From NCBI GenBank assembly GCA_934102355.1, contig CAKOSO010000001.1:229620-293619 (forward strand): DNA of 64,000 nt, written 5' to 3'. Below, piece after piece: positions 27,196-36,065 of this stretch; the stretch's first letter is position 1, and each line of letters begins with the position of its first letter. The notes below the pieces were generated by a model. It was not told where the DNA came from, searched no databases, and worked only from the letters and a program-made list of their open reading frames with translations. The translations under genes and the position numbers were made by a program. Source of the DNA: an uncultured Bacilli bacterium. GTDB lineage: Bacteria; Bacillota_I; Bacilli_A; RF39; UBA660.

Positions 27196-29322
27196 TTATT
27201 CATCAAAGAAATCATCAAAGAATTCATCTTCAGTAATCTTAATTTTCTTAGAATTATTAAAGATATTTGATACATCATCTTTTGCTTCATCAACAATTGA
27301 TTTTAATTCTGTTTTTTCAGTATTTTCAACTTCTTTAATTTCTTTTTCTTTTTCAAGTTTTTCCTTTTCTAATTTTTCTCTTTCTTCTTCCTCTTTTTCA
27401 AGTTCAGCAATCTTCTCATCAATTCTCTTAACTAGTTCATCTACATCAAAATCATTATCATTAGATCCACCAATTAATTTATCTATATCGTTTGAATTAT
27501 TATTAAATGGTAATGGATTAACAGGAGCTTGTGCAAAAGGATTTATTCCAGAACTTAATCCAGCAAAAGGATTATTATCCATTTGATTCATCATGCTATC
27601 TTGCTTTTTACTTTGAACAAAAGCCTTTAAATCAAATGTAGCAATTGGTTTTTTCTCGCGTTGAACAAATGGATCTGCTTCTGTCTTATTAATACCCCAA
27701 TCAGTTTTCCAGTTAGGATAAAGTTTTGTTTTATATGGACGACATCTAGTTTTAATAACAATTGCTTCGTTTTCTTTCATAAGTTGTAATTCTGAAACAG
27801 AAATTAAAGGCCTTGTTTCTTCATGTTCCTTATCGCCTTTACCAACTTTCACCTTTTTCTCACCACATAACTTTGAAATTTCTTCCAAAGCAGAAAGTTC
27901 AGTAGTAAGTAGATATAATAAATTATTACAGTTACTACGTATTGTTTGTGCAATCTCTTTAGAATAAGTAGCTTCAAGACCAGCAAAGTTTTGAATAATC
28001 ATTGTAAGTCTTATATGTCTTGATCTTGCAGCTGCAACCATTGTAGTAACATCTTTTAACGGAGGCATATTTTGGAACTCATCAAGTATAAAATTAGTTC
28101 TTATAGGTAATGCTCCATTTTGAGTATGTTGAGCAACATCAATCAAAGATTCATAACATTGTTTAATAAAAATAGTAGCTAGAGCATGATATGTTTTCTT
28201 TTCATCTTGTATAATCATAAATACTGCTGTTTTTTCTTTACCAATCATGTCCATATCAAAGTCACTAGTAGAAAGCATCTCAGATAAATTTTCACGAGAA
28301 GCAAAAATTCTTATCTTTTGTTTAAATGTAGAAAGTATTGAACCCTTTGTTTCTTCTGGAGCATAAACAGTACCACTAGCACATGTATAAGCAGCACTAG
28401 CAGGATTCTTTCCATTAAAGTATTCTTTTATATATGAACTTCTTGGTCCAAATCTTTCTTCACCAACTGATGCCATTACTGAAATACTATTAATATTTAC
28501 TTCCTCTTCTTTAGCATCCTCAAAAAGGCCTAAAGTAAGACCAGCGAAAAAATCAGCTGAAGTCTTTTCCCAGAAAGCATCTTTATTTCCGCCCTCTTCA
28601 TACAAGATATTAGAAGCAACGTCATCCAAAAGCTCCATTGCTTTATCAACATTACCACTTTTATATAACTTATAAGGTAAAGCTAAAGGATTCCAAGAAT
28701 TTCCTCTTTGGGGTTCACGGAAGTTTAATACAACAATCTTATAACCTCTTTCTTTTAATAATCCAGCACTTTCTTTGTATATTTCACCTTTTGGATCGGT
28801 GATAATCATTGATTCACCTTTTTTAATTAAAATCTTAACAAGTGGATGTACAACATCTTGCGTCTTACCAGCACCAGTAGATCCAATAACTAAGTTATGT
28901 GATTCACCATTATCAAGCCATATTTTTTTACCATCATTTATAAGTGGAAAACCAGCAACATTATAATATGGTTCTTTAATATCTACACAATCAAGTTTTT
29001 GTTTCATTTCTTTAGTTGTAGCAAATCTAGAATAACCACCTTTATCAGTTTCACCAAAACTTATTCCAAATCCCTTTTCTTTATCATAAAAATGAGAAGA
29101 AACACTAACAAATAAAAATATTAATACAACAAAATAAAATACAAGTACCATAGATATATATTTAGGACCAAATCCTATAAATGGATTAAGTCCAGCAAAA
29201 CTACCAGTAGTAGCAAAAGTATTAATATTAACAACTAAAATTGATACAGCAAAAAGTAAAACAACCGCAAATATTGCAAAAATAAACCAATCTTTTGGTG
29301 TAGCCTTCAACTTAAACTTCAT
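27196..29322 (-). CDS. VirD4/TraG-type type IV coupling protein (T4CP) ATPase
   Basis: 708 aa. 2 N-terminal TM helices, Walker A VIGSTGAGKTQ, Walker B FILDEF, and an RSRHIRLTMIIQNFAGLEATYSKE tail motif typical of the TraG/VirD4 family. Low-complexity E/K-rich C-terminus. Confidence 0.7.
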   Translation of the reverse strand: MKFKLKATPKDWFIFAIFAVVLLFAVSILVVNINTFATTGSFAGLNPFIGFGPKYISMVLVFYFVVLIFLFVSVSSHFYDKEKGFGISFGETDKGGYSRFATTKEMKQKLDCVDIKEPYYNVAGFPLINDGKKIWLDNGESHNLVIGSTGAGKTQDVVHPLVKILIKKGESMIITDPKGEIYKESAGLLKERGYKIVVLNFREPQRGNSWNPLALPYKLYKSGNVDKAMELLDDVASNILYEEGGNKDAFWEKTSADFFAGLTLGLFEDAKEEEVNINSISVMASVGEERFGPRSSYIKEYFNGKNPASAAYTCASGTVYAPEETKGSILSTFKQKIRIFASRENLSEMLSTSDFDMDMIGKEKTAVFMIIQDEKKTYHALATIFIKQCYESLIDVAQHTQNGALPIRTNFILDEFQNMPPLKDVTTMVAAARSRHIRLTMIIQNFAGLEATYSKEIAQTIRSNCNNLLYLLTTELSALEEISKLCGEKKVKVGKGDKEHEETRPLISVSELQLMKENEAIVIKTRCRPYKTKLYPNWKTDWGINKTEADPFVQREKKPIATFDLKAFVQSKKQDSMMNQMDNNPFAGLSSGINPFAQAPVNPLPFNNNSNDIDKLIGGSNDNDFDVDELVKRIDEKIAELEKEEEEREKLEKEKLEKEKEIKEVENTEKTELKSIVDEAKDDVSNIFNNSKKIKITEDEFFDDFFDE

Positions 29323-29400
29323 ATAAAAATCACCTCAGTAATATTCTCCTTAATTATATCAAAAGGCATATTAATAAACAAGTAATAACAAAAATATTTA

Positions 29401-29862
29401 TTAACGTCCCTTCTTACCCTTTTTCTCTTCTAAATAAAACTCTTCTTGATATACATAATTCATTTTATTCTTAACTTCTTGTTCTAATATTTCTAATTTT
29501 TTTATAAGAATATTATATTCTTTTTTATCCATAAACTCTTTATATTTAAACATTATTAACTGTCTAAATTTTTCTATTTCATTTAAAGCCAACATAAATG
29601 AAGATGGATCAGTATTATCACTATCAAATAATAACTTTAAAAGTTTTAAAATTCTATCCATGTTTCTCTTGCTTTTCTTTGAAACATAATTTTTAATTAA
29701 AATAGGATTATAAAGTGTAACTTTAGACACATTGATCATACCATCAAGTTTAAAATCCTTCTTAGGACTGACACTAAGTCCTTTTAAATTTTCAAATTCA
29801 CAAGCAGTAATTTTATTTTTTTTAGCTTTTTTGCAAACAGTAAATTTTGTAAATTCAGACAT
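29401..29862 (-). CDS. hypothetical basic protein
   Basis: 153-aa ORF occupying the position where rplS usually follows trmD. Confidence 0.4.
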   Translation of the reverse strand: MSEFTKFTVCKKAKKNKITACEFENLKGLSVSPKKDFKLDGMINVSKVTLYNPILIKNYVSKKSKRNMDRILKLLKLLFDSDNTDPSSFMLALNEIEKFRQLIMFKYKEFMDKKEYNILIKKLEILEQEVKNKMNYVYQEEFYLEEKKGKKGR

Positions 29863-29872
29863 ATTAACACCT

Positions 29873-30535
29873 CTATTTTAATAAGTCCCCTCTTTTTTCT
29901 TTTGTAATTCTAATTTGTTCTTGGTGCCTATATTCATTTATCTTTTTGTGATCACCACTAAGCAAAACATCAGGTACTTTCATACCTCTAAAATCTCTAG
30001 GTTTTGTATAAGTAGGATAATCTAATAAATTATCATTAAATGATTCACTTTCAAGAGACTCAACTGATATAACTCCATCTAAAAGTCTAATTATAGAGTC
30101 ACTTATAGCCATTGCAGGAATTTCTCCACCTGTAAGTATAAAATCTCCAATAGAGACTTCAAAATCTGCTAACGACCTTATTCTATCATCAAAGCCCTCA
30201 TAATGTCCACAAATAATAATTAATTCTTTTATATTTTTAAAATCATTTGCCATCTTTTGATTATAAGTTTTTCCATCAGGAGTAAGTAATATAACCTTAG
30301 AATCAGCTGTTCTTACAGATTCAACTGCATCAAAAATAGGTTGAGGTGTTAATACCATACCAGCACCACCCCCAAAAGGTGTATCATCAACCTTCTTATG
30401 TGGATCCTTACTAAAATCTCTAAAATTAATTATATTTACTTCAACTAATCCATTATTTATTGCCCTTTTAATAATTGATTCATTTAAAAAACCAGTAAAC
30501 ATTTCAGGAAAAAGCGTCAAAATATTTATTTTCAT
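29873..30535 (-). CDS. trmD: tRNA (guanine37-N1)-methyltransferase
   Basis: 220 aa, SPOUT fold, conserved TrmD motifs (ILTLFPEMF, GGGAGMV). Confidence 0.85.
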   Translation of the reverse strand: MKINILTLFPEMFTGFLNESIIKRAINNGLVEVNIINFRDFSKDPHKKVDDTPFGGGAGMVLTPQPIFDAVESVRTADSKVILLTPDGKTYNQKMANDFKNIKELIIICGHYEGFDDRIRSLADFEVSIGDFILTGGEIPAMAISDSIIRLLDGVISVESLESESFNDNLLDYPTYTKPRDFRGMKVPDVLLSGDHKKINEYRHQEQIRITKEKRGDLLK

Positions 30536-31026
30536 ACCAATCCCTCCACATTTTTTAAAAGTAAAATATTATTTTTTAAATCAACCACATTAATAAAATT
30601 ATCATTTTTAGGAACATATATAGTTTTATTTCTATCTTTTATAACAAATACATCATTACCATTTCCCATATCATTAATACTAACAACAGTACCAATAAAA
30701 TTATTATTAAAATATACTGACATATTAATAAAATCTTCATTAACATATTGATTATAAGAAAGTTTAAGTTGATCTTTAGATACAAACACAAGTAAATTTT
30801 TATAAGGAATAACTTTATCAATATCATCTAAACCATTAAGCATAACCATATCATAATCCTTATGAACTCTATAAGATAATATTTTTCGTTCCTCATAATT
30901 TTTACCAATATATAAAGTATTACCAACAACAAATACTTTATCTTTATACTTAAAATTAGAACGTATCTTAATCTCACCCTTAATGCCATGAGTAGTAATT
31001 ATTCTACCAATATAAACATACTCCAT
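30532..31026 (-). CDS. rimM: 16S rRNA processing protein RimM
   Basis: Start at the ATG at 31026 (MEYVYIGRIITTHGIKGEIKI), preceded by a GGAGGAG RBS. PRC-barrel C-terminus. ATGA-coupled to trmD. Confidence 0.8.
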   Translation of the reverse strand: MEYVYIGRIITTHGIKGEIKIRSNFKYKDKVFVVGNTLYIGKNYEERKILSYRVHKDYDMVMLNGLDDIDKVIPYKNLLVFVSKDQLKLSYNQYVNEDFINMSVYFNNNFIGTVVSINDMGNGNDVFVIKDRNKTIYVPKNDNFINVVDLKNNILLLKNVEGLV

Positions 31027-31112
31027 AAAACTCCTCCAAACAATCAAAATATACGTATATATTATAAATTAAATTTCAAAAAAATAAAAGAAAAAAAGAT
31101 ATATAAATATCT

Positions 31113-31721
31113 TTATCTAATACCTCTACCAGAAGCACTTTCTCCATAGTAATCATTAAGCTTATCCATCCACATTTTATCTATCATATTCTGCGGATTA
31201 TCTTCAGACCTAACAAAACCAAGTCTAACATTATAATCAACATATGAATTAAGTACACTAAATGCTAAATGCTCACTTTGATTTTCAGCAATACTTCTAT
31301 TTGGATTTTGAAAATCAACATTTTTTCCATCAGCAACAAATAAACTCATACCAGTTAATAATTGATTTTTTAATGTACTAATATTATTGCTTTTTATTGA
31401 TTCCATACAGTACATAACCCATGTTTTTGCATCATTAGTTATGCTTCCAGGATTACTATGTTCATAATTGCTTAATCTCACCATATTTTTTAGTAATGCT
31501 TTTGTAATTTGTTCTCCGTCCAAACAGCAAACCATAGCTCTCGCATCATTATTTCTCGTAAATCCATTATAATTACCATGTGTTGCTGCAGAAGCAATTG
31601 CATAAGAAATATTTAAATTTATATCATCTTGTTTAGATGCCATATGTCTATTAAAAGTCTCGATTGCAGCATATTCTAAAACTTGTTCATCATTCATAAT
31701 TTGACTCATTCTAATCACCAT
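31113..31721 (-). CDS. hypothetical protein
   Basis: 202-aa ORF with no recognisable motif. Confidence 0.4.
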   Translation of the reverse strand: MVIRMSQIMNDEQVLEYAAIETFNRHMASKQDDINLNISYAIASAATHGNYNGFTRNNDARAMVCCLDGEQITKALLKNMVRLSNYEHSNPGSITNDAKTWVMYCMESIKSNNISTLKNQLLTGMSLFVADGKNVDFQNPNRSIAENQSEHLAFSVLNSYVDYNVRLGFVRSEDNPQNMIDKMWMDKLNDYYGESASGRGIR

Positions 31722-31757
31722 TCCTACCTTAAATTATACAATATATACTTTAATTTT

Positions 31758-32477
31758 TCAATTCATTATTTCATACATAATAATACTAGTTGCAACACCA
31801 ACATTTAAACTCTCAACATTATTTGTTTTTATATAAAGATTACCATCAACAAGTTCTTTAACCTTCTTGTTTACCCCATTACCTTCACTACCCATAACAA
31901 CAGCAATTCTTTCACATTCAACATTTCTTATATCAATTCCACAAGTAACATCAGTTCCATAAACAAAAACACCATTATCCTTCAAATACAATATAACATT
32001 TTCCAAATTATCAAAAACTATATTCATTTTAAAAATAGCACCTTCAGTAGCTCTTATCACTTTATCATTATATAAATCACAACAATTATCACCAATTACT
32101 AAAGTATCTATATCAAATGCAAGAGCACTTCTTATAATAGTGCCAAGATTCCCCGGATCACTTACCTCATCTAAAAGAATATATTTATTTCCTTTTAAAA
32201 CACCATTTCCCGGTTTTTTTATAACACCAATAACATTAGTAACAGGTAAAGTTTTTATCTTATTTAAAACTTCACAAGATACATTATCATAGTTAAAATT
32301 TATATCAAAAGAAAAACCATCTTTTATATATAACTCTTTCAATAACCCATTTTTATAAGCTTCTTCTATAACATTAGGAATCTCAACTACAAATAAACCC
32401 TCTTCATCACGATATTTTTTATTTCTTAATTTAACAATATGTTTAATCTTTTTATTATCCAAACTAGTTATTAACAT
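31758..32477 (-). CDS. SpoU/TrmH-family RNA 2'-O-methyltransferase
   Basis: 239 aa with the SPOUT motifs NLGTIIRSA and VVMGSEGNGV. Confidence 0.75.
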   Translation of the reverse strand: MLITSLDNKKIKHIVKLRNKKYRDEEGLFVVEIPNVIEEAYKNGLLKELYIKDGFSFDINFNYDNVSCEVLNKIKTLPVTNVIGVIKKPGNGVLKGNKYILLDEVSDPGNLGTIIRSALAFDIDTLVIGDNCCDLYNDKVIRATEGAIFKMNIVFDNLENVILYLKDNGVFVYGTDVTCGIDIRNVECERIAVVMGSEGNGVNKKVKELVDGNLYIKTNNVESLNVGVATSIIMYEIMN

Positions 32478-32486
32478 AACATCACC

Positions 32487-33167
32487 TCATAAAATATTTT
32501 TCATTTCTTTTCTTATAATTTTATAATTAGGAGAATACTTAGAAACCACATTCCAAAATGCCTTTGAATGATTAGATTCAATAAGATGCGAAAGTTCATG
32601 AATTATTACATAATCCAAATACTTAACATCAAGTTTAATTAAATTAAGATTTAAAGTAATAACACATCTAGTAACATTACAAACACCCCATTTACTAGTC
32701 ATTTTTCTAATATTAAGCGAAGGATATGGTATATTCTCTCTAAACAAAGCATAACAATAATTAAGCCTTTCAAGAAATAAAATTTTTGCTTGTTTCTTAT
32801 AGAAATTATCAATATTCATATTTCTATTAATAAATACTTTATCATTAGTAAAAATAACTTTTTTATTTTCTATATAATTTATTTCATAATATTTACCCAA
32901 ATAAAATATTTTATTATATCCTTTTTTATTTCTTTCAGAAATGGTATTAATCATCTTAGTTATACTACTAATATTATCATTAATAAACTTTTCTACTTGA
33001 CTATTTCTAATATATTTAGGTGCTGTTACATAAATAGTTAAATCATCTTTAACTCTTAAATACATATTCTTATTACTCTTATACACTATATCAACATTAT
33101 AATCATTACCATTTATGTTAACTACCATAAAACCACCTAAAAATATTATAACATCTTTAAAAAACAA
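32487..33167 (-). CDS. YgjP/DUF45-family (M48-like) metallopeptidase
   Basis: HELSHL...NHS..FW motif near the C-terminus. Confidence 0.65.
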   Translation of the reverse strand: MFFKDVIIFLGGFMVVNINGNDYNVDIVYKSNKNMYLRVKDDLTIYVTAPKYIRNSQVEKFINDNISSITKMINTISERNKKGYNKIFYLGKYYEINYIENKKVIFTNDKVFINRNMNIDNFYKKQAKILFLERLNYCYALFRENIPYPSLNIRKMTSKWGVCNVTRCVITLNLNLIKLDVKYLDYVIIHELSHLIESNHSKAFWNVVSKYSPNYKIIRKEMKNIL

Positions 33168-33245
33168 ATCATATATAAATTTACTTTGACAAAAACAAAT
33201 AAATTGCTATAAACTATAATTATAAAGACACTTCCAGGAGGATTT

Positions 33246-34172
33246 ATGAAAAGAAGTACACAAGAAAAAATTATAAACACTATAAATCATTATACCGATA
33301 ATTTACAAATAGCTGATGAAACATTCATAGCAAAAATATATCTAATATTATTGGATGATGATAAAAGTATAAAACCATATTTACAAAGAATAATAATAGA
33401 TTCTAAAGAACAACACATAATTACAAAAAAGGCATGTCAATATTCACCAGAATATAATACTATAGGAATAGATTTTCAAAAGCTAGATAAAAACATTTCA
33501 GAAAATATTTATGAATTTTTTAAAAGTGATATCGAAAAAGAAAATATATTACTATATAACATTGAAGTAGTAAGATTAATACTAGGAGAATATGAACAAG
33601 CAAAACTTCTAAAAGAATGCACTGAACAAGAAAGTTTTGAAAATAAACTTCTAAAATTTTCATTTGAATGTGATTTGCACAAAAGAAACCAAACAATAAA
33701 GCCAGATAACATAACACACGAAAAATATGTTGATTACATTCTATCAGAAGAAGACTTAAATTATATGACAAATGTAGAATATATAAGTCCAAAATCAAGA
33801 ATTGCATTTGCAAAATCATACTTTGAAATTAAAAAGATTCTAAAAATCTATAACAACGATAAAATAGATGACTATGAAAAATTCATTTATCATAGCGCTA
33901 TGTTAAATGATTACTATAATCAATATAAATTAGAAAACTCACCAATCAAAAACTTTATAAGAGCTAAAAAAACACTTATGAGAAATTTTGGTATTGAAAA
34001 TGATGATTTTGAAAAGTTAATAAAAGAAGAACAACAAATAGAAAAAGAATTAGATCTTAAAGAGAGATTAATATATGGAATGGATATCACACCAGAAGAA
34101 TACGACTACACTCTATATAAATGTGCAACAACAAATGCATGTAAAAAATCAAACGCAAGAATAAGAATATAA
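33246..34172 (+). CDS. hypothetical protein
   Basis: 308-aa ORF with a GGAGGA RBS. It is the only plus-strand gene in a 30-kb minus-strand stretch. Confidence 0.45.
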   Translation: MKRSTQEKIINTINHYTDNLQIADETFIAKIYLILLDDDKSIKPYLQRIIIDSKEQHIITKKACQYSPEYNTIGIDFQKLDKNISENIYEFFKSDIEKENILLYNIEVVRLILGEYEQAKLLKECTEQESFENKLLKFSFECDLHKRNQTIKPDNITHEKYVDYILSEEDLNYMTNVEYISPKSRIAFAKSYFEIKKILKIYNNDKIDDYEKFIYHSAMLNDYYNQYKLENSPIKNFIRAKKTLMRNFGIENDDFEKLIKEEQQIEKELDLKERLIYGMDITPEEYDYTLYKCATTNACKKSNARIRI

Positions 34173-34197
34173 AAAAATTCCCAAATCAATGGGAATT

Positions 34198-36045
34198 TTA
34201 TTTTACTAAATTAGATATATCTGAAGAGAAATCTTTTCGATTTTTATGCAAGTCAATAAATCCTTTAAAACCTAACTTAAGATAACCTTGTATTTCGATA
34301 TCAGATGTATCTTTTGTTAAAACATAAACCGGTATCTTAAAATTATCTAAAGCTTGTAATTTTTTAAGAGTTGTAACACCACTAAGTTTATCCATATCAT
34401 CTTTCATAAGAATAAGATCAAAATTTTCACCTTTTCTTACCTTAGCAAGACAAGACTCTCCGCTTTTTGAAACAATAAGTTCAATATCCTTTGGCTTTAA
34501 AATTTTAGTAATTGATTTAACTTCATTTAAATTATCATCCACTAAAAGAATTCTTTTACTTGCACTATATTTATTTAAAAGACCTTCTTCTGGAACAATT
34601 TTTTGATCAAGAACTATAGTAATTTTTGTACCTTCATTTAATCTACTATCAATAATTAACTTTCCACCAATTAAATCAATTATTGTTTTAGCAAGTTTTA
34701 AATGTTGATTATGTGCTTCAATTTTTTCAAACTCTTGTTCAGAAATATCACTTGCGCTTTCTAATACATCATTAACTTGATCAGCACTCATTCCACATCC
34801 AGTATCTTCAACTACAATTAAAATCCTACAAATATCACCTTTATTAATAAAGCTTGCTCTATATGAAATAGACCCTTTGTCAGTATATTTTACTGCATTA
34901 TTTAAAATAATACTAAGAGCTTGTTTTAATCTAAGACCGTCACCATAAAGATTCTGTGGAATATTATTTGAAATATCAACATTAAGTTCAACATCTTTAT
35001 TAACTAAGTTACTGCTTAATATTTTTGATGTTTGCTTAAATATTGTACTAATATTATATTTATTATATTTAACATCAAGTTTTGATGAAGCAATAGATGA
35101 TATATCTAAAGCATCATTAATTATATTCATAACTTTTCTAGATGAAAGTTTAATATCATTAGCAATTTCCTTAGCTTCATCTAAACTAGTAGCATCATCA
35201 ATATAACTACACAAATCATATATCTCACTAGTAGGTTTTTTAATATTCTGAGTTATATTAAATAAAAACATAGATTTTTCAGTATTAGAACTAGTAGAAA
35301 TTTCTCTAGATCTTTTTAATTCTTCAATTATTTTTACATCCGGATTTTCAATAGTAAAATACATTATAAATGTTACTAAAAATAATGATATAGATATAAC
35401 TAAAAATCCTGGATTTATAATTCTTACAACTAAAGCAAAAAAAACACAACCAATCAAAGAAAATAACGGAATATATTTTTTCCATTGTATATTCTTAAAA
35501 TTCAAAACAACAGACAAGATCCAAGAAATAATACATCCACCGGCAATTATTGCTATAAAATCAGTACTAATACCATAAGAATACACAACATTATTTTCGT
35601 AGTAATAATATAAAGGTAAAGTACATACAATTAAAACGCTTAAAATATAGCTAAATATAAACAACATCATAGCAATTTTAGCAACTTTTTGACTAACATT
35701 AACAAATGATATCTGATATATATAAAAAGTAAATATAAACAACCAACTTACTATATGAACCAACCATAATCTATTAATGATTACTACTGAAATTGGAAAC
35801 AATTCCTTATTTGCAGTAAAATAGCAACACAAAAGCTCTATAATAAGTCCGCAAAAACTTAAAACTATCAAAATATTATATATCTTTGTTTCAACAGTGT
35901 TAACACGTTTTTTAGAAAAGTATGAAATTAAAATTACTAATCCAAAAAGCATACAACAAATCATACTTCCAATAGCTTGATACAAAACAATCACTCCTTC
36001 TATTCTATATAAGAAAAGTATAACACAATAATAAAAAGTAAACAA
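34198..36045 (-). CDS. hybrid sensor kinase-like protein (7-TM sensor + HisKA-like + HATPase_c + receiver) with degenerate phospho-sites
   Basis: 615 aa. The HATPase N-box NNAVKYT, G1 DTGCGM and G2 GGKL are intact. The H-box reads FLFNITQNIKKPTSEI (Gln where His is expected). The receiver has LLVDDN but LILMKDD where LILMD is expected. Confidence 0.6.
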   Translation of the reverse strand: MFTFYYCVILFLYRIEGVIVLYQAIGSMICCMLFGLVILISYFSKKRVNTVETKIYNILIVLSFCGLIIELLCCYFTANKELFPISVVIINRLWLVHIVSWLFIFTFYIYQISFVNVSQKVAKIAMMLFIFSYILSVLIVCTLPLYYYYENNVVYSYGISTDFIAIIAGGCIISWILSVVLNFKNIQWKKYIPLFSLIGCVFFALVVRIINPGFLVISISLFLVTFIMYFTIENPDVKIIEELKRSREISTSSNTEKSMFLFNITQNIKKPTSEIYDLCSYIDDATSLDEAKEIANDIKLSSRKVMNIINDALDISSIASSKLDVKYNKYNISTIFKQTSKILSSNLVNKDVELNVDISNNIPQNLYGDGLRLKQALSIILNNAVKYTDKGSISYRASFINKGDICRILIVVEDTGCGMSADQVNDVLESASDISEQEFEKIEAHNQHLKLAKTIIDLIGGKLIIDSRLNEGTKITIVLDQKIVPEEGLLNKYSASKRILLVDDNLNEVKSITKILKPKDIELIVSKSGESCLAKVRKGENFDLILMKDDMDKLSGVTTLKKLQALDNFKIPVYVLTKDTSDIEIQGYLKLGFKGFIDLHKNRKDFSSDISNLVK

Positions 36046-36065
36046 TTAAGTTTACTTTTTTTAAA

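Noticed and set aside
27086-27586. 166-aa Ser/Phe-rich plus-strand ORF
   Set aside because: Antisense to the E/K-rich C-terminus of the coupling-protein gene and spans the spoVA promoter. Low complexity.
30639-30827. 62-aa ORF inside rimM
   Set aside because: Same-strand alternative frame within a conserved CDS. Leu/Ile-rich artefact.
33509-33819. Two minus-strand ORFs inside the 33246-34172 gene
   Set aside because: Antisense shadow ORFs without an RBS.
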